From Auanema rhodensis (taxonomy: Eukaryota; Animalia; Nematoda), in the NCBI GenBank assembly GCA_964057225.1, contig OZ059894.1, forward strand, positions 15,934,001 to 15,998,000: 64,000 nucleotides of DNA. Direction: 5' to 3'. Positions 1 through 12,100 of this stretch are shown in pieces (positions within the stretch are counted from its first letter, which is position 1; the number at the start of each line of letters is the position of its first letter). The notes under the pieces were generated by a model that was not told the origin of the DNA, did not search any database, and saw only the letters and a program-made list of their open reading frames with translations. The position numbers were made by a program, and so were the translations under genes.

Positions 1-992
1 AAGAAGCAGTAGGTGAACTCAAGTCTATGGAGAGTGGGGAAAACTGACCAAAAGAACTAGAAGGAGAAGGTGTATTGGGTACAACAGATTCCCTGTAAGG
101 TACATATCCGGACTGCTGTGGTCTAGTGTTCAAACGAATTGGACCACCGGAACATCCTTTGAAGGACTGTTGCAGCTCTTTGCGAGTAATGGGTACCTTC
201 AAATAAGCAGTTAAATTATAGAAAATCTAATTTGGAACTTGCCTTCTTCTGCTGGTAACTACAGTTAACTTCCATGTCGACAACAAACTTCTCAGCTCTT
301 TTTGCCAACTCAGAAATGGTAGGTGTTAGGAAAAAGAACTAAAGGAATACAGAATTAATTGATTGTTCGATGTTTAAACTAACCTCGTGAAGAATGCCAA
401 CATCCTTTGGTACAATCTTCTTAGCTCTTTTGGGAAGCCCTAGTACTTGACCGACTGTGGGTGTTTGGTACTTTACTGAAGACAATTTAAAATATAAGAC
501 TCAAAATAGAAATTATAAAATACCTGGAGGAGCAACTTTCACGGGAGCGGAATGCTTAGGAAAGTTGGCATATGTAGCAGGAGTTTGAACCATATGATTC
601 ATGGACTTCACTGCTAGAGGAGAGTATGGAAGAGGTTGCTTTCCATAGTTTTGCTGATAATAATCCTGACTACGCTGAACTTGATTCGGAGTAGAAACAT
701 TCATAAGCACTGGCTGCACTTGGTTCATAGCAGTGTAACCCTGTTGATTCAATCCACAATCTCGTGCCATAGATGTCTGTTGTACTGGCATTTGTCTCAT
801 ATTCATCTGAGGCATAGTTTGGTATGGGAATTGTGAATATTGTTGCTGATATTGGAAAGTATTCTGATAATACAGTCCATCATTCACTGAACGTCCGGAA
901 GAAGATAAAGGCTTTTGATAAGGATTGAAATGAATGCTTTTATGATGATTGTTAACTTGATTGTCGTACATAGAATAAGTTCCGTAAGTCAT
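1..992 (-). CDS. Orphan Q/N/Y-rich, S/P-rich protein, left copy (3' end runs off the window)
   Basis: Mirror image of the spliced gene at 2558-3575; ATG at 992. Confidence 0.75.
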
Positions 993-3549
993 CCTCTGAA
1001 ATAAGTCGTAAGTAATACAACATGTATCTAAGAAACATGAACGAAATAACACGGAAGTCGAGCAGAACTCGGAAAAGGCAGTAGCAGACAAGCTGAAAGA
1101 ATGAAGATGATATATCTGACTGACATAAATGGTACAGGATAATAGTGGGAGGAGCTTACAGTCGGAATTACCAACTTTTTCATGAACACCATAGTAACTA
1201 TGAACTCTTGAGAATATAAATTGTGAATAAAAACACGAGTAAAAATGAACTAGACTGATTAATATCTGTTAACAATTTCCACAAATTTTAGATTAACAAT
1301 TTGTTTCCATACATTATTTGAAAACATCATCACCAATCGTGGAATATCATTATTAATTCATCACTAATAGTAACATATCATAACTTCAATCATTTTTTTC
1401 AATCAATTTTTTGTACACACTGAAAACAATTCCTTTTTACCTTTTTTTCAATAGTATGCAAGCTCCATAAGCTTTTTAGCAAATTAACAACTGATTTGTC
1501 GTATCCCAAACCACAAAGTCAAATTTATGTTCACAAAACAGAAGATGAAAGAGAACTTTTGACCAAGCAAGTTCAAAACACTAAGCCTACATTGTATTAT
1601 AACTCAGAGTATTTTCACGCTTGTTTGTGAGCCGATGTACATATTGACAGCCTGACCTGTTCCAAATGAACAAGCGGAATCATGCTTTGACAAGGGTGTT
1701 ATTTAATTTTTCTGCAACATGTTTGAGATTATGAACACATTTATTACAGAATCAGAAAATGGTATTTTAATTAATATTAACAAAAATATGAATGAAATCA
1801 TAACAATAGATATATTATTTGTTAATATCGCTATCACATTGAAATTATGCGGGAAGCAATATTGATTACAAATAAATACTTTGATCTATGAGAAACACGC
1901 GGATTTTCTGTAATCGAAATCTTGCCAATGTAGTAACGTTTGATATAATCCATAAATTTTTTTGATGTAAAATATTATTTGTTTATAAAGAAGCTGTCCC
2001 AGTGATTGTTATAATTTGAGAATAAATTTGACTTTGTGGTTTGGGATACGACAAATCAGTTGTTAATTTGCTAAAAAGCTTATGGAGCTTGCATACTATT
2101 GAAAAAAAGGTAAAAAGGAATTGTTTTCAGTGTGTACAAAAAATTGATTGAAAAAAATGATTGAAGTTATGATATGTTACTATTAGTGATGAATTAATAA
2201 TGATATTCCACGATTGGTGATGATGTTTTCAAATAATGTATGGAAACAAATTGTTAATCTAAAATTTGTGGAAATTGTTAACAGATATTAATCAGTCTAG
2301 TTCATTTTTACTCGTGTTTTTATTCACAATTTATATTCTCAAGAGTTCATAGTTACTATGGTGTTCATGAAAAAGTTGGTAATTCCGACTGTAAGCTCCT
2401 CCCACTATTATCCTGTACCATTTATGTCAGTCAGATATATCATCTTCATTCTTTCAGCTTGTCTGCTACTGCCTTTTCCGAGTTCTGCTCGACTTCCGTG
2501 TTATTTCGTTCATGTTTCTTAGATACATGTTGTATTACTTACGACTTATTTCAGAGGATGACTTACGGAACTTATTCTATGTACGACAATCAAGTTAACA
2601 ATCATCATAAAAGCATTCATTTCAATCCTTATCAAAAGCCTTTATCTTCTTCCGGACGTTCAGTGAATGATGGACTGTATTATCAGAATACTTTCCAATA
2701 TCAGCAACAATATTCACAATTCCCATACCAAACTATGCCTCAGATGAATATGAGACAAATGCCAGTACAACAGACATCTATGGCACGAGATTGTGGATTG
2801 AATCAACAGGGTTACACTGCTATGAACCAAGTGCAGCCAGTGCTTATGAATGTTTCTACTCCGAATCAAGTTCAGCGTAGTCAGGATTATTATCAGCAAA
2901 ACTATGGAAAGCAACCTCTTCCATACTCTCCTCTAGCAGTGAAGTCCATGAATCATATGGTTCAAACTCCTGCTACATATGCCAACTTTCCTAAGCATTC
3001 CGCTCCCGTGAAAGTTGCTCCTCCAGGTATTTTATAATTTCTATTTTGAGTCTTATATTTTAAATTGTCTTCAGTAAAGTACCAAACACCCACAGTCGGT
3101 CAAGTACTAGGGCTTCCCAAAAGAGCTAAGAAGATTGTACCAAAGGATGTTGGCATTCTTCACGAGGTTAGTTTAAACATCGAACAATCAATTAATTCTG
3201 TATTCCTTTAGTTCTTTTTCCTAACACCTACCATTTCTGAGTTGGCAAAAAGAGCTGAGAAGTTTGTTGTCGACATGGAAGTTAACTGTAGTTACCAGCA
3301 GAAGAAGGCAAGTTCCAAATTAGATTTTCTATAATTTAACTGCTTATTTGAAGGTACCCATTACTCGCAAAGAGCTGCAACAGTCCTTCAAAGGATGTTC
3401 CGGTGGTCCAATTCGTTTGAACACTAGACCACAGCAGTCCGGATATGTACCTTACAGGGAATCTGTTGTACCCAATACACCTTCTCCTTCTAGTTCTTTT
3501 GGTCAGTTTTCCCCACTCTCCATAGACTTGAGTTCACCTACTGCTTCTT
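1..3549. repeat. Large inverted repeat (palindrome): arms 1-1528 and 2022-3549, 493 bp unique spacer; left arm probably continues beyond the window edge
   Basis: Position x mirrors 3550-x. ORFs 513..1091(-) and 2459..3037(+) translate identically, and base 1 onward (aagaagcagtaggtgaactc) is the reverse complement of the sequence ending at 3549. The match stops at 1528/2022. Confidence 0.97.
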
Positions 3550-3575
3550 CTGGAAGTCTGTCGCCATATATGTAA
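2558..3575 (+). CDS. Orphan low-complexity protein, ~292 aa, 4 exons (2558-3026, 3075-3166, 3212-3307, 3354-3575), right copy
   Basis: TTTCAG (possible trans-splice acceptor) 3 nt before the ATG. Three 45-48 nt introns splice in frame (the third is GC-AG) to give MTYGTYSMY...PPVKYQTPTVGQVLGLPKR...KKVPITRKEL...SLSPYM*. AATAAA at 3790. Confidence 0.8.
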
Positions 3576-3650
3576 ATAGTTTATACTTGTAATTTAAATA
3601 TTTTTTTTATATTCTTCTTGTACTGTACTTATTTCCATTTACGTATCCAA

Positions 3651-3671
3651 ACTAACTTGTACTATACTAAC
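3651..3671 (+). promoter_or_regulatory. Candidate 3' UTR translational control cluster: two GLD-1/STAR-type ACUAAC sites flanking an FBF/PUF-type UGUACUAUA
   Basis: actaac 3651-3656, tgtactata 3658-3666, tactaac 3665-3671; also TGTAAATA over the stop codon (3571-3578). Confidence 0.45.
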
Positions 3672-4419
3672 TATACGACAACTCTCTCAAATTTTCTTTT
3701 GTTTTCGTCTCCAATCGGTGCTTATGTTCTGCCCTACAGGTAGTATTTCTTGTTTTCTCATATCCTATCATCAAATGATGTAAAAATCTAATAAAATCGT
3801 AATAATTTTTTGCTATGTCCAATTATTTCATCTGGGAATTGTATATCATACCATTTTAGAACTAACACTTTAGATATCTATTACATTTGTTAAATATAAT
3901 AAAACATGAACGTCATTATTTCTTTTTTCTATTATTAGCATCACCCTGCCTTTTCCAGATTTCACATGTATATCCCATTATCATTATTGTTAATTAGTTA
4001 TTCGATATGCTCTGTTCCAAGTCGAATAATCGTTTCTATTAATGAAAATATGAGAAATAACAAATCGTTTTGCGTTTTAAATATGATAAGAATAGGAAAG
4101 TGTTCATACTTACATACTTCAGAGTTTAAGTTTGGTTTATCAATAGGAATCGAAGATTAGTATTAAAATTCTTAATCAAAGATTATAGATTTCGTTTGCG
4201 TTGAAATGACTATGAAGTGGTGGAAAGAGTTTTTAACAGCAATTGATGAAAATACTTCAGAAAACTAGACAGTGGAAAAGCTTAGATTGATATGGAAATT
4301 AAAAGCGACATTTTATAGTGAGCTTTATTCTTTAATCTGTTTGATAAGGATATGTATATATGATAAGAATTTTATGTAGTGTTACTATATTCGACTCCAA
4401 TTTTACTTTTCGTTCAAAT

Positions 4420-5901
4420 ATGCTGGGTAAAATTGTGGCAATAAGCTTGTTATGCATAGGTGCAGTGTCTTCTGATTGTCGTGTTTGCACTTCAGGAGGT
4501 AGCAAGTCAGTTTTTTAGTCAAATTTGTCTTCTTGTTTTAAAATTTTCATATTTATGTTTGCAGGTGGTGTGTAGAAAAGGAAACATGTGGCGCATCTGT
4601 TTTAGGGTGCAAAACTCATATTTCTGTATCAATCTTACATTAAAATAATGTTTCAACAACCTAGTTCAGGATCCTCTGAATTGCCCTGTGCCAATGCACC
4701 CAGGATACGAATACAATGATACTTTTACAAGAAATGTTGTTTTGCCTCTAATCACTGGTGCGTACGCACTACCAGATGCCAGACAATGCTTAAAGTAATC
4801 ATTTGTTACAGTCAATTGCTTGATTGAATATATTAATTGAATAGTTGCATTCTTTTTATAGAAATGCTCTCCCCACTACGACGTTTGATACAAATGTGAT
4901 TGTACAATGTTATGCACATGGTCCACGTGAGCATTCTTAGAAAATGAGTGAGATGAATTGCATATTTTCTTTTCAGATGACACTTGCCATGCTTATACCG
5001 CTTATGATCATGTTAAACAGCAGATCTATGTTGTTTTCGAAGGAACTGAAGGAAACCTACAGCTATCAGAAGAAATTTTGGCTTTCTTCCAGTGTGTAAT
5101 TAATTATTTTTCCCTCCAACTGTTTCTTTTACAGCAAGAAAAGAAATTTCTACAATCACGGACACGTCTTCGAGTACTTCTATGACGCATTTAACTTCTT
5201 ATGGAGTGGAGGACTAGAATATGCAGTTCGCAGTTTAAAATTCCGCTATCCACAATATGAGTTAGTTGTAAGTTTAGCTATAACTACAACCCTTTGATGA
5301 ATTTCCACCTATAAGGCTGTTGGACATTCTATGGGGGCTGCTATTTGCTCTGTCTTTGCTTCATATGTGCTAGAGACTAAAATGTATAAGCCTGAAAATG
5401 TGAAGTTGATCACTTTTGGACAACCAAGAACTGGTGATCGTAACTTCTCCATGTGGCATGATAGTACTGTAAGTATTAAGCAAAATTTTTAATAAGTATT
5501 TCTATCTAACCCAGTTCTTGTATTCGTATCGCGTAAATCATCACCGTGACCCTGCTCCTCATGTTCCACCTATGGGAGGTGCTGATGAAGTCTTCCATCA
5601 TCGTCATGAAATTTGGTTTGGCAATACTAAATGATGTAGTGTTTCAAACAGTTGATTATAGGTATAACAACGACATGAGCATCGGTCAGTCATATCAGGT
5701 ATGCCTTGAAGCTGACGGACCACACTGTAGCAACAAACAGGTGATTTTTTGAAGAATATTAAAGAATTAAAAAGAAATATATATGTATTTTAATTAGAAA
5801 ACTTTTCTTTTTAGATTGATGATGTCGGAAAAGATCATATTGTATATTTCAATGTTAATATGGATGACTGGTCAGACCAAAATTGTAAACCATTTAACTG
5901 A
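4420..5901 (+). CDS. Secreted class 3 lipase (Lipase_3) with a Cys-rich N-terminal module; multi-exon
   Basis: Signal peptide MLGKIVAISLLCIGAVSS; spliced motifs VVFEGT, VGHSMGA (GxSxG), TFGQPRTG, YRVNHHRDPAPHVPP, DHIVYF. Confidence 0.93.
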
Positions 5902-6952
5902 ATCGATTACAATACCAGTAGTCAAATAAATATCTGTTTCATTCAACTTTTTAATGCATAGGTTTTCAATGATAGCTGAAATTCTACAACGCAATAGAAA
6001 TAATGCTTCAGCGCAAGCAAAATTGTAGACTTCTTGTTTCTTTATTTGCTAAGAACATAAATTCAAACAATACAAAGGGCAGAAATATATAACATGGAAG
6101 ATGAGTGTGGAAGTCTAAAAATTAAAATTTTATTCTACGAATTTAAAAATACCAAGAATCAAAGTATTTTGAACTTCGAATGACCCACATATTTTCTATG
6201 TAAACTAGTATTGCTTAGTACAGTACTTGTTTAAATTTACTGAGGAATGACGGAAACTCAAATTTCGAGAACAATTTGGCAGTTTTCTCCGAAAACTTTA
6301 AAAAGCTTCGATCTTTGCCCCAAAAATATTCTGAATTGTTAGTAAATTATATTTATTTGGTTAAAAGATTTAAAATAGTAACCTGTAAGATGTACCACAT
6401 AGGTCTCACTGTTTTATGATACGCAAGTATTATGATAGCTGAATATTGAAATCAACATGATGGTGTAAATAACAATGAACAACATATTCAATAGAAATTT
6501 TAGCTGAATACAAAAAAATATCAAACACAACCGTTTGTGAGCGTCTTAAGTTTGCTAACATGACGTGATTCGCGTGAATATTACATGATATGTTAACGTT
6601 ATGAAAAGAATACAATTACAATCATTCTATTCAAATAGTCAAGTTCAAGCGTTTTTTTGATTATTGACACTAATTAATCAAATAGATATGAATCATAGCT
6701 GAAGTACCGGTCGTTATTTGGTCGTGTGCCGAAGCTCAAATGCCAAGCTGATCTTCAACTGGCCTTTGACATGTCTATTCAGTTTCATCTGTCTTTTGTA
6801 CTTGGCAAATATACTCAACATGCTAGCATATATTTGAGATTATTTACTCGTTTCTCAGACTATTTAAACGGGACAGTATCTTACTTAAATTTAGTCTAAC
6901 TTTGACAGAGCTTCTAGCATAGCTTCAGGTTTTTAACGACTCCTCAGCGAAT

Positions 6953-7657
6953 ATGATGAAAATTTTATTCATTGCCTTTACATCTCTTCTTGCCCATATT
7001 ACTTCGGCTCAATATGTGCCTGCAGCTGCACAATCACCAGTAATATCATCTCCAACCATGGAAAATGGTCTTCAAGTACGAGATAAACGACAATATTCGT
7101 ACACATTTTACTATCTTTGTGGAAATCCACCTAATCAGTATCTTTCTTATTCTCGTAAGTTGAACTTTAAAGCAATTTGTATATAATATATTTTATTTGT
7201 AGCTTGTAATAACTGTGTCAACTGTAATTGCCAGTATTCATGCCAAACAACCCAATATTGCAGACAGTTTAATTCTGCTTGGACCTGTAACAATGGCTGT
7301 TGCACTGTAAGTTTTACATTTAATTCATTTTACTAATTTAATTTTCACAGGCCATGAATTATCCAACTCAAGCTCCAACCACTACCAACAGACCAGCACC
7401 ACTTTGCGGAGGACGCGAAGCATCTGGAGGATACTGCAGAGCCGGCAGTAGATGTGATGCTGGATTCCTCTGTACATCCGGAAATGTTTGTTGTCGTTGC
7501 TCATATGGTACAAGCATTGGTTAGTTTATTGGAAAACAAGAAAGATACTAATACTATGTTTTCCAAATATTTAGGTCCATGCGTTAATGGCAAATGTCCA
7601 GATAACTTCCAATGCAATCAAAATAACGAATGCTGCCCATACCAAGTAAGCGGATAA
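6953..7657 (+). CDS. Secreted cysteine-rich protein with nematode CC-type modules; 4 exons
   Basis: Signal peptide, RDKR furin-like site, then CNNCVNCNCQYSC...GCC, CGGREASGGYC...VCCRC and GPCVNGKCPDNFQCNQNNECC. Confidence 0.85.
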
Positions 7658-8112
7658 TCTGATCTCAAAATAATATGTTTTAACCATTCATTTCAATTTA
7701 TTTTGTTGTATAAAAATGAATTTAGACATCTTTATTACTCTTAACAATAAAACTATCACAATCTCTGTCGCGACATTTTAAGCCAAATATTACAATCGCA
7801 ATATGAAAATACACAAATACACATACAACACACACACACATTATGGAATAGGAGTATGAAGAATGATGGGAATGATGAAAAAAATTTAAAAACCATCTGT
7901 AAATCGCGTAGATCACCCATAGAACTTATCCTAGGATTCACTTAATTCAATAGAAAAATGCTAATTAATGCAATAATGCTCTACTACATGCTAAGCTTCC
8001 AGTAAAAATATAGAAACTCAGTAATATGATGAGAAAAAGCAATAGGTTCTTTTAAACCAAAAAGATTCCATCATAAGGAGACTCAACAATTTGAAATCCA
8101 ACTACGTGTGTA

Positions 8113-8139
8113 TTGATGATGATGATGATGATGATGATG
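8113..8139. repeat. (GAT)n microsatellite
   Basis: Run of tgatgatgat. Confidence 0.9.
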
Positions 8140-8908
8140 AAGATTTTGGAGATTTAGCACATGTCGAGAGGATGGCTGATCTGAGAAAAAAATCAAAAAT
8201 TAGCCAACTAGCCAAATGATTGCAAGTTACACACAAAGAAAATAAAAACAAATGAGTGTTCAGCTTGGCATGCATTGCTCAACGACATTAAGGTAAATCT
8301 AACGGATAACTATGCAAGAAGATTGATCAGAAAGTACAACATAGCTTGATAGCTGATTATAGAAGACAAGAACAGTATTAAATATATCATTTTGACTCAG
8401 GTTGTTCTTATTTATTATAAAGATAGCTCATTTATTAGGTGAGTTAAAATTTAAAAAAAGATATATATTTGTGATTAAACTTGACGTAAAAGTAGAAAAA
8501 ACTTAAAACAAAAAGTTAAATTATCACAAAGATGGATGTCAATGGCTGGAGGACAAGCTAAAGAACGAGCAATTTCACAAAATTCACCCAACAAACGGTT
8601 GTCTACGTATCAGTTTCAGCTTGTTGTCAAGCATATTTGACCATTGGCAGGCTTTTTGGGCCGCTGAAGCTTGTCAGTAAAGCTTATGATACGGTATCAA
8701 GATACATGGGTTTTTATAACGAAAATAGTTATGCAATAGTCATAACTATCTTAGTTATACTACCAATATGATTAGCAATGCTTTAACATTAGAATTGTAA
8801 GACACACTACATGCACTATAAAACATCTAAAAAATGATGATAATGTGTATGACGAATAGAACTGAAAATGAGAAAAAAATGGAGAGATGAAGTAAAGAAA
8901 CAGAGAAT

Positions 8909-8909
<1 letters not shown>

Positions 8910-8955
<46 letters not shown>
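8910..8955. repeat. (GA)n microsatellite
   Basis: Pure AG dinucleotide run. Confidence 0.95.
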
Positions 8956-8956
<1 letters not shown>

Positions 8957-9193
8957 AAAAAATAGACAGAGCAAGGAATGGAATTAGAATTAATTAGATG
9001 AGAAGAGCCGACGTAGAAAGAAATGGGAAGGGGCTGGGCAGTGGGGGTGACATGAATTTGTGTGAAAATTAAAACAGATAACGTAACAGATAAACTGAAA
9101 AGGGCAAAAGAGGGTAGAAATCTATACATATAAGGAACCTGGTGGTATAATAACATGCGGGTGTCCATATTTACGTGATTACGTGAAGCGAGC

Positions 9194-12100
9194 TTATAAC
9201 TCGTTAAAATGAGACACAACCTGTTGAAGACCAAGTTCTATTTTAGATTGCTCCCGGATCTCGAACTTCTTCACTTTTCCTGTTACAGTAAGTGGGAATT
9301 CATGCTCCTTCTTGAATAAGATATATCGAGGAATTTTAAAGTGAGCAATCTATAAAAAGTCCAATCAATTTTAAGTTTTATTGAATGGATCTTACTTTTC
9401 CTTTGCACCACTCCTTAATTTGTTCTTCGCTAATTTCACTTTCATATGATTCATTCAATCGAATCCAAGCACAAACCACTTCTCCATATCGTTCATCGGG
9501 AACTCCGACGATCTAAAATTACTTGGTTGAAAAAACAATTTCTGTTATATCTAAACTAACATGAGCATCTTCGATTCTGGGATGTTTAAAGAGGAATTGT
9601 TCAACTTCTGTCGGATAAATGTTTTCACCACCACGTACAATCATATCTTTTGATCTTCCAACAATAGAAATTGTTCCATTATCATGCATTACAGCTATAT
9701 CACTGAAATATATTTAATTCAAATGATATAAGTTGTTTGATAGCATTTGTTGAAGGCAAGTGAAAGCAAAAAGTTGCGTAAATTTACCCGGTATGATACC
9801 ATCGGTCTTCGGTGATTTCTTTTTTTGTTTGCTCTTCGCTATTCCAGTAGCAACGCATCACAGAATATCCACGAACGATAACTTCTCCCTTCTCTCCCCT
9901 TGGAACAATACAACCTCTCTTATCTACAATAGCTGCCTGAAATTGAAACATTAGGAAACCGAAACTAATTCTAAGATAACCTCAAGATGGTCCATTACAT
10001 GTCCTACACTCTTGATTCTCTGCTCTGGGTGATCTTCTCGTACCGACATGAATGATACAGGAGATGTTTCAGTTGTTCCATAACAAACCTTCAGATTTAG
10101 GTAATATGAAGCAGAAAGAGAATAGCAATGTTACCTGCATGTCATACATGTGCATCTCTGTGACAAGTCGTCGACAAAGAGTAATTGGACAAGGAGCACC
10201 GGCAATAAATCCAGATCGAATACTAGCATAGTTATATTGCTTATAATCTGGATGATTTAACATATCAATGAACATAGTTGGTGTACCATATAAAGCAGTA
10301 CATCTTAATTAATTATAGTTATATAATTAGTTTCATTCAAAATTGATCTATTACTTTTCTTCATCTACAGCTTCAAGAGCTGCTAAAGCTTCGAATGAAG
10401 GAGCTGGGAAAACGACAGATTGAAGATGAACAAGGGCGGCTAATACTCCAAGAACACATCCAAAGCAATGGTATAAAGGATTTGGGATACAGATAATAGT
10501 CTTCTGAAATTAGGAAAATTGTTGGAAGGAACGAAAATATTAAAGCATATATTTTATTTTTTTGCAAAAAAAATTATAAATCTATAAATAAAGTTGAAGA
10601 AATGGCTATGTTTAATGAAAATAAAGATAATATAATTTAGAAATATAGAAGATAAACATACTCTTTCATGATATCCAGCACGTAATCCAATGAAATAGGC
10701 ATTATTAAGTACATTGTGATGTGTTAATGTGGCTCCTTTAGGCTGACCAGTTGTTCCCTATAATAGACGAGAGGCATTAATTCTGAATTTGGATAATCAT
10801 TTAAAAACATACACTTGTATATTGAATATTGATGGGATCATCAGGCTGAGTTTCTCTTTCGATTTTTGCTAACTTCTGTCGATCTTCTTCCGTTCCCATT
10901 TTAACAACATCGCTGTACTTCCAGGCTCCACTGAAGATACGATATAAGAGTTTTAGAAAAAATTTTGCAACAACTGACTGATAGGCGTTGTCTTCCTTAT
11001 CGAAAATTATCAAATGACGGAAGTTAGGGAATTCAACTGATGTAATATCACTTCTTCCAGCTGGCTTGCTGGCGATTTCAGGAATAACGTCCTAAAGAAA
11101 TGTCTCATATTTCTCATTTTTTTGCTTTTGTAAGCATACCCTAACAGTCTGATAATATTTGGATTTCTTGAAGCCTGGTGGGGCAATGAGAACCTTAATT
11201 CCAACCTTATCGATTGCGAATTTAAGTTCTTCAGATTGGTAAGAGGGGTTGATGTTCACCTACAAAGAACAATGACTCAATTGTTTCAACAGAAAATCAA
11301 ACAATGAAGTCAAGAAAATGTATACTAACCATGACCATTCCAGCTAGAGCTGTAGCGAATTGGCAGGTAATCCACTCATACGTGTTGGGTCCCCAAATTC
11401 CAACGCGATCTCCTTTCTCTACACCAAGGTGGAGCAAACCCCAGGCAAGACGTTCCGCCTGAACAAATTCCCAATGTTAAGAAGAATATTGTTGCCATAT
11501 AGTATATTACGTCTTTAAGAAGCTGTTGGTAGGTTTTACGAATTCCATCTCTCTTAAATACAGCAAATTCTTTATCTGGAACCTGAAATATCAACATATA
11601 GCATAGTTACTAATTTCATAAAAATGAATTACCGTATACCTCGTTTACCTCTGAAATCTTCCCTTCCCTTTCTTATTAACAATTCATTTTGAAAAGAATT
11701 AAGAAAAAATCTAATATCAAATAAGGTGTCAATCACTCTCATGGGAATTAGAATAAATCTGCAGGATGTAGTGACTACACATGGACATGTGGGTTCACGT
11801 AAGTCCTTTGACCAATTCGAGTTTTATTAGTCTACAAGAGCGGTTGCTTTCAAATCTTGCACTAAATCTTTTTCTCTCTCATTCTGTTTTAAACTCGACG
11901 TTAATGTTGCATTTCGAGTAGTTGAACTTCTTTTTTGGCCAATGTGGAAAAAAAACTCATAACATACAGAAATGGTTGTTGCATACGTGAAACTTTAAAG
12001 GTGAAAAAAAAACCTACTCGGTCAGCCGATAGACGAAGACGCTCTCCAACAGTTTCAAACAGAAGTGGTGTCTGGCTGCAACCGTGAACATAACTTTTTC

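Noticed and set aside
8261-8330. Minus-strand UUGAGCAAUGCAUG resembling the miR-87/miR-233 family 5' end
   Set aside because: Only about 8 contiguous-region pairs with a putative star arm; no convincing precursor hairpin.
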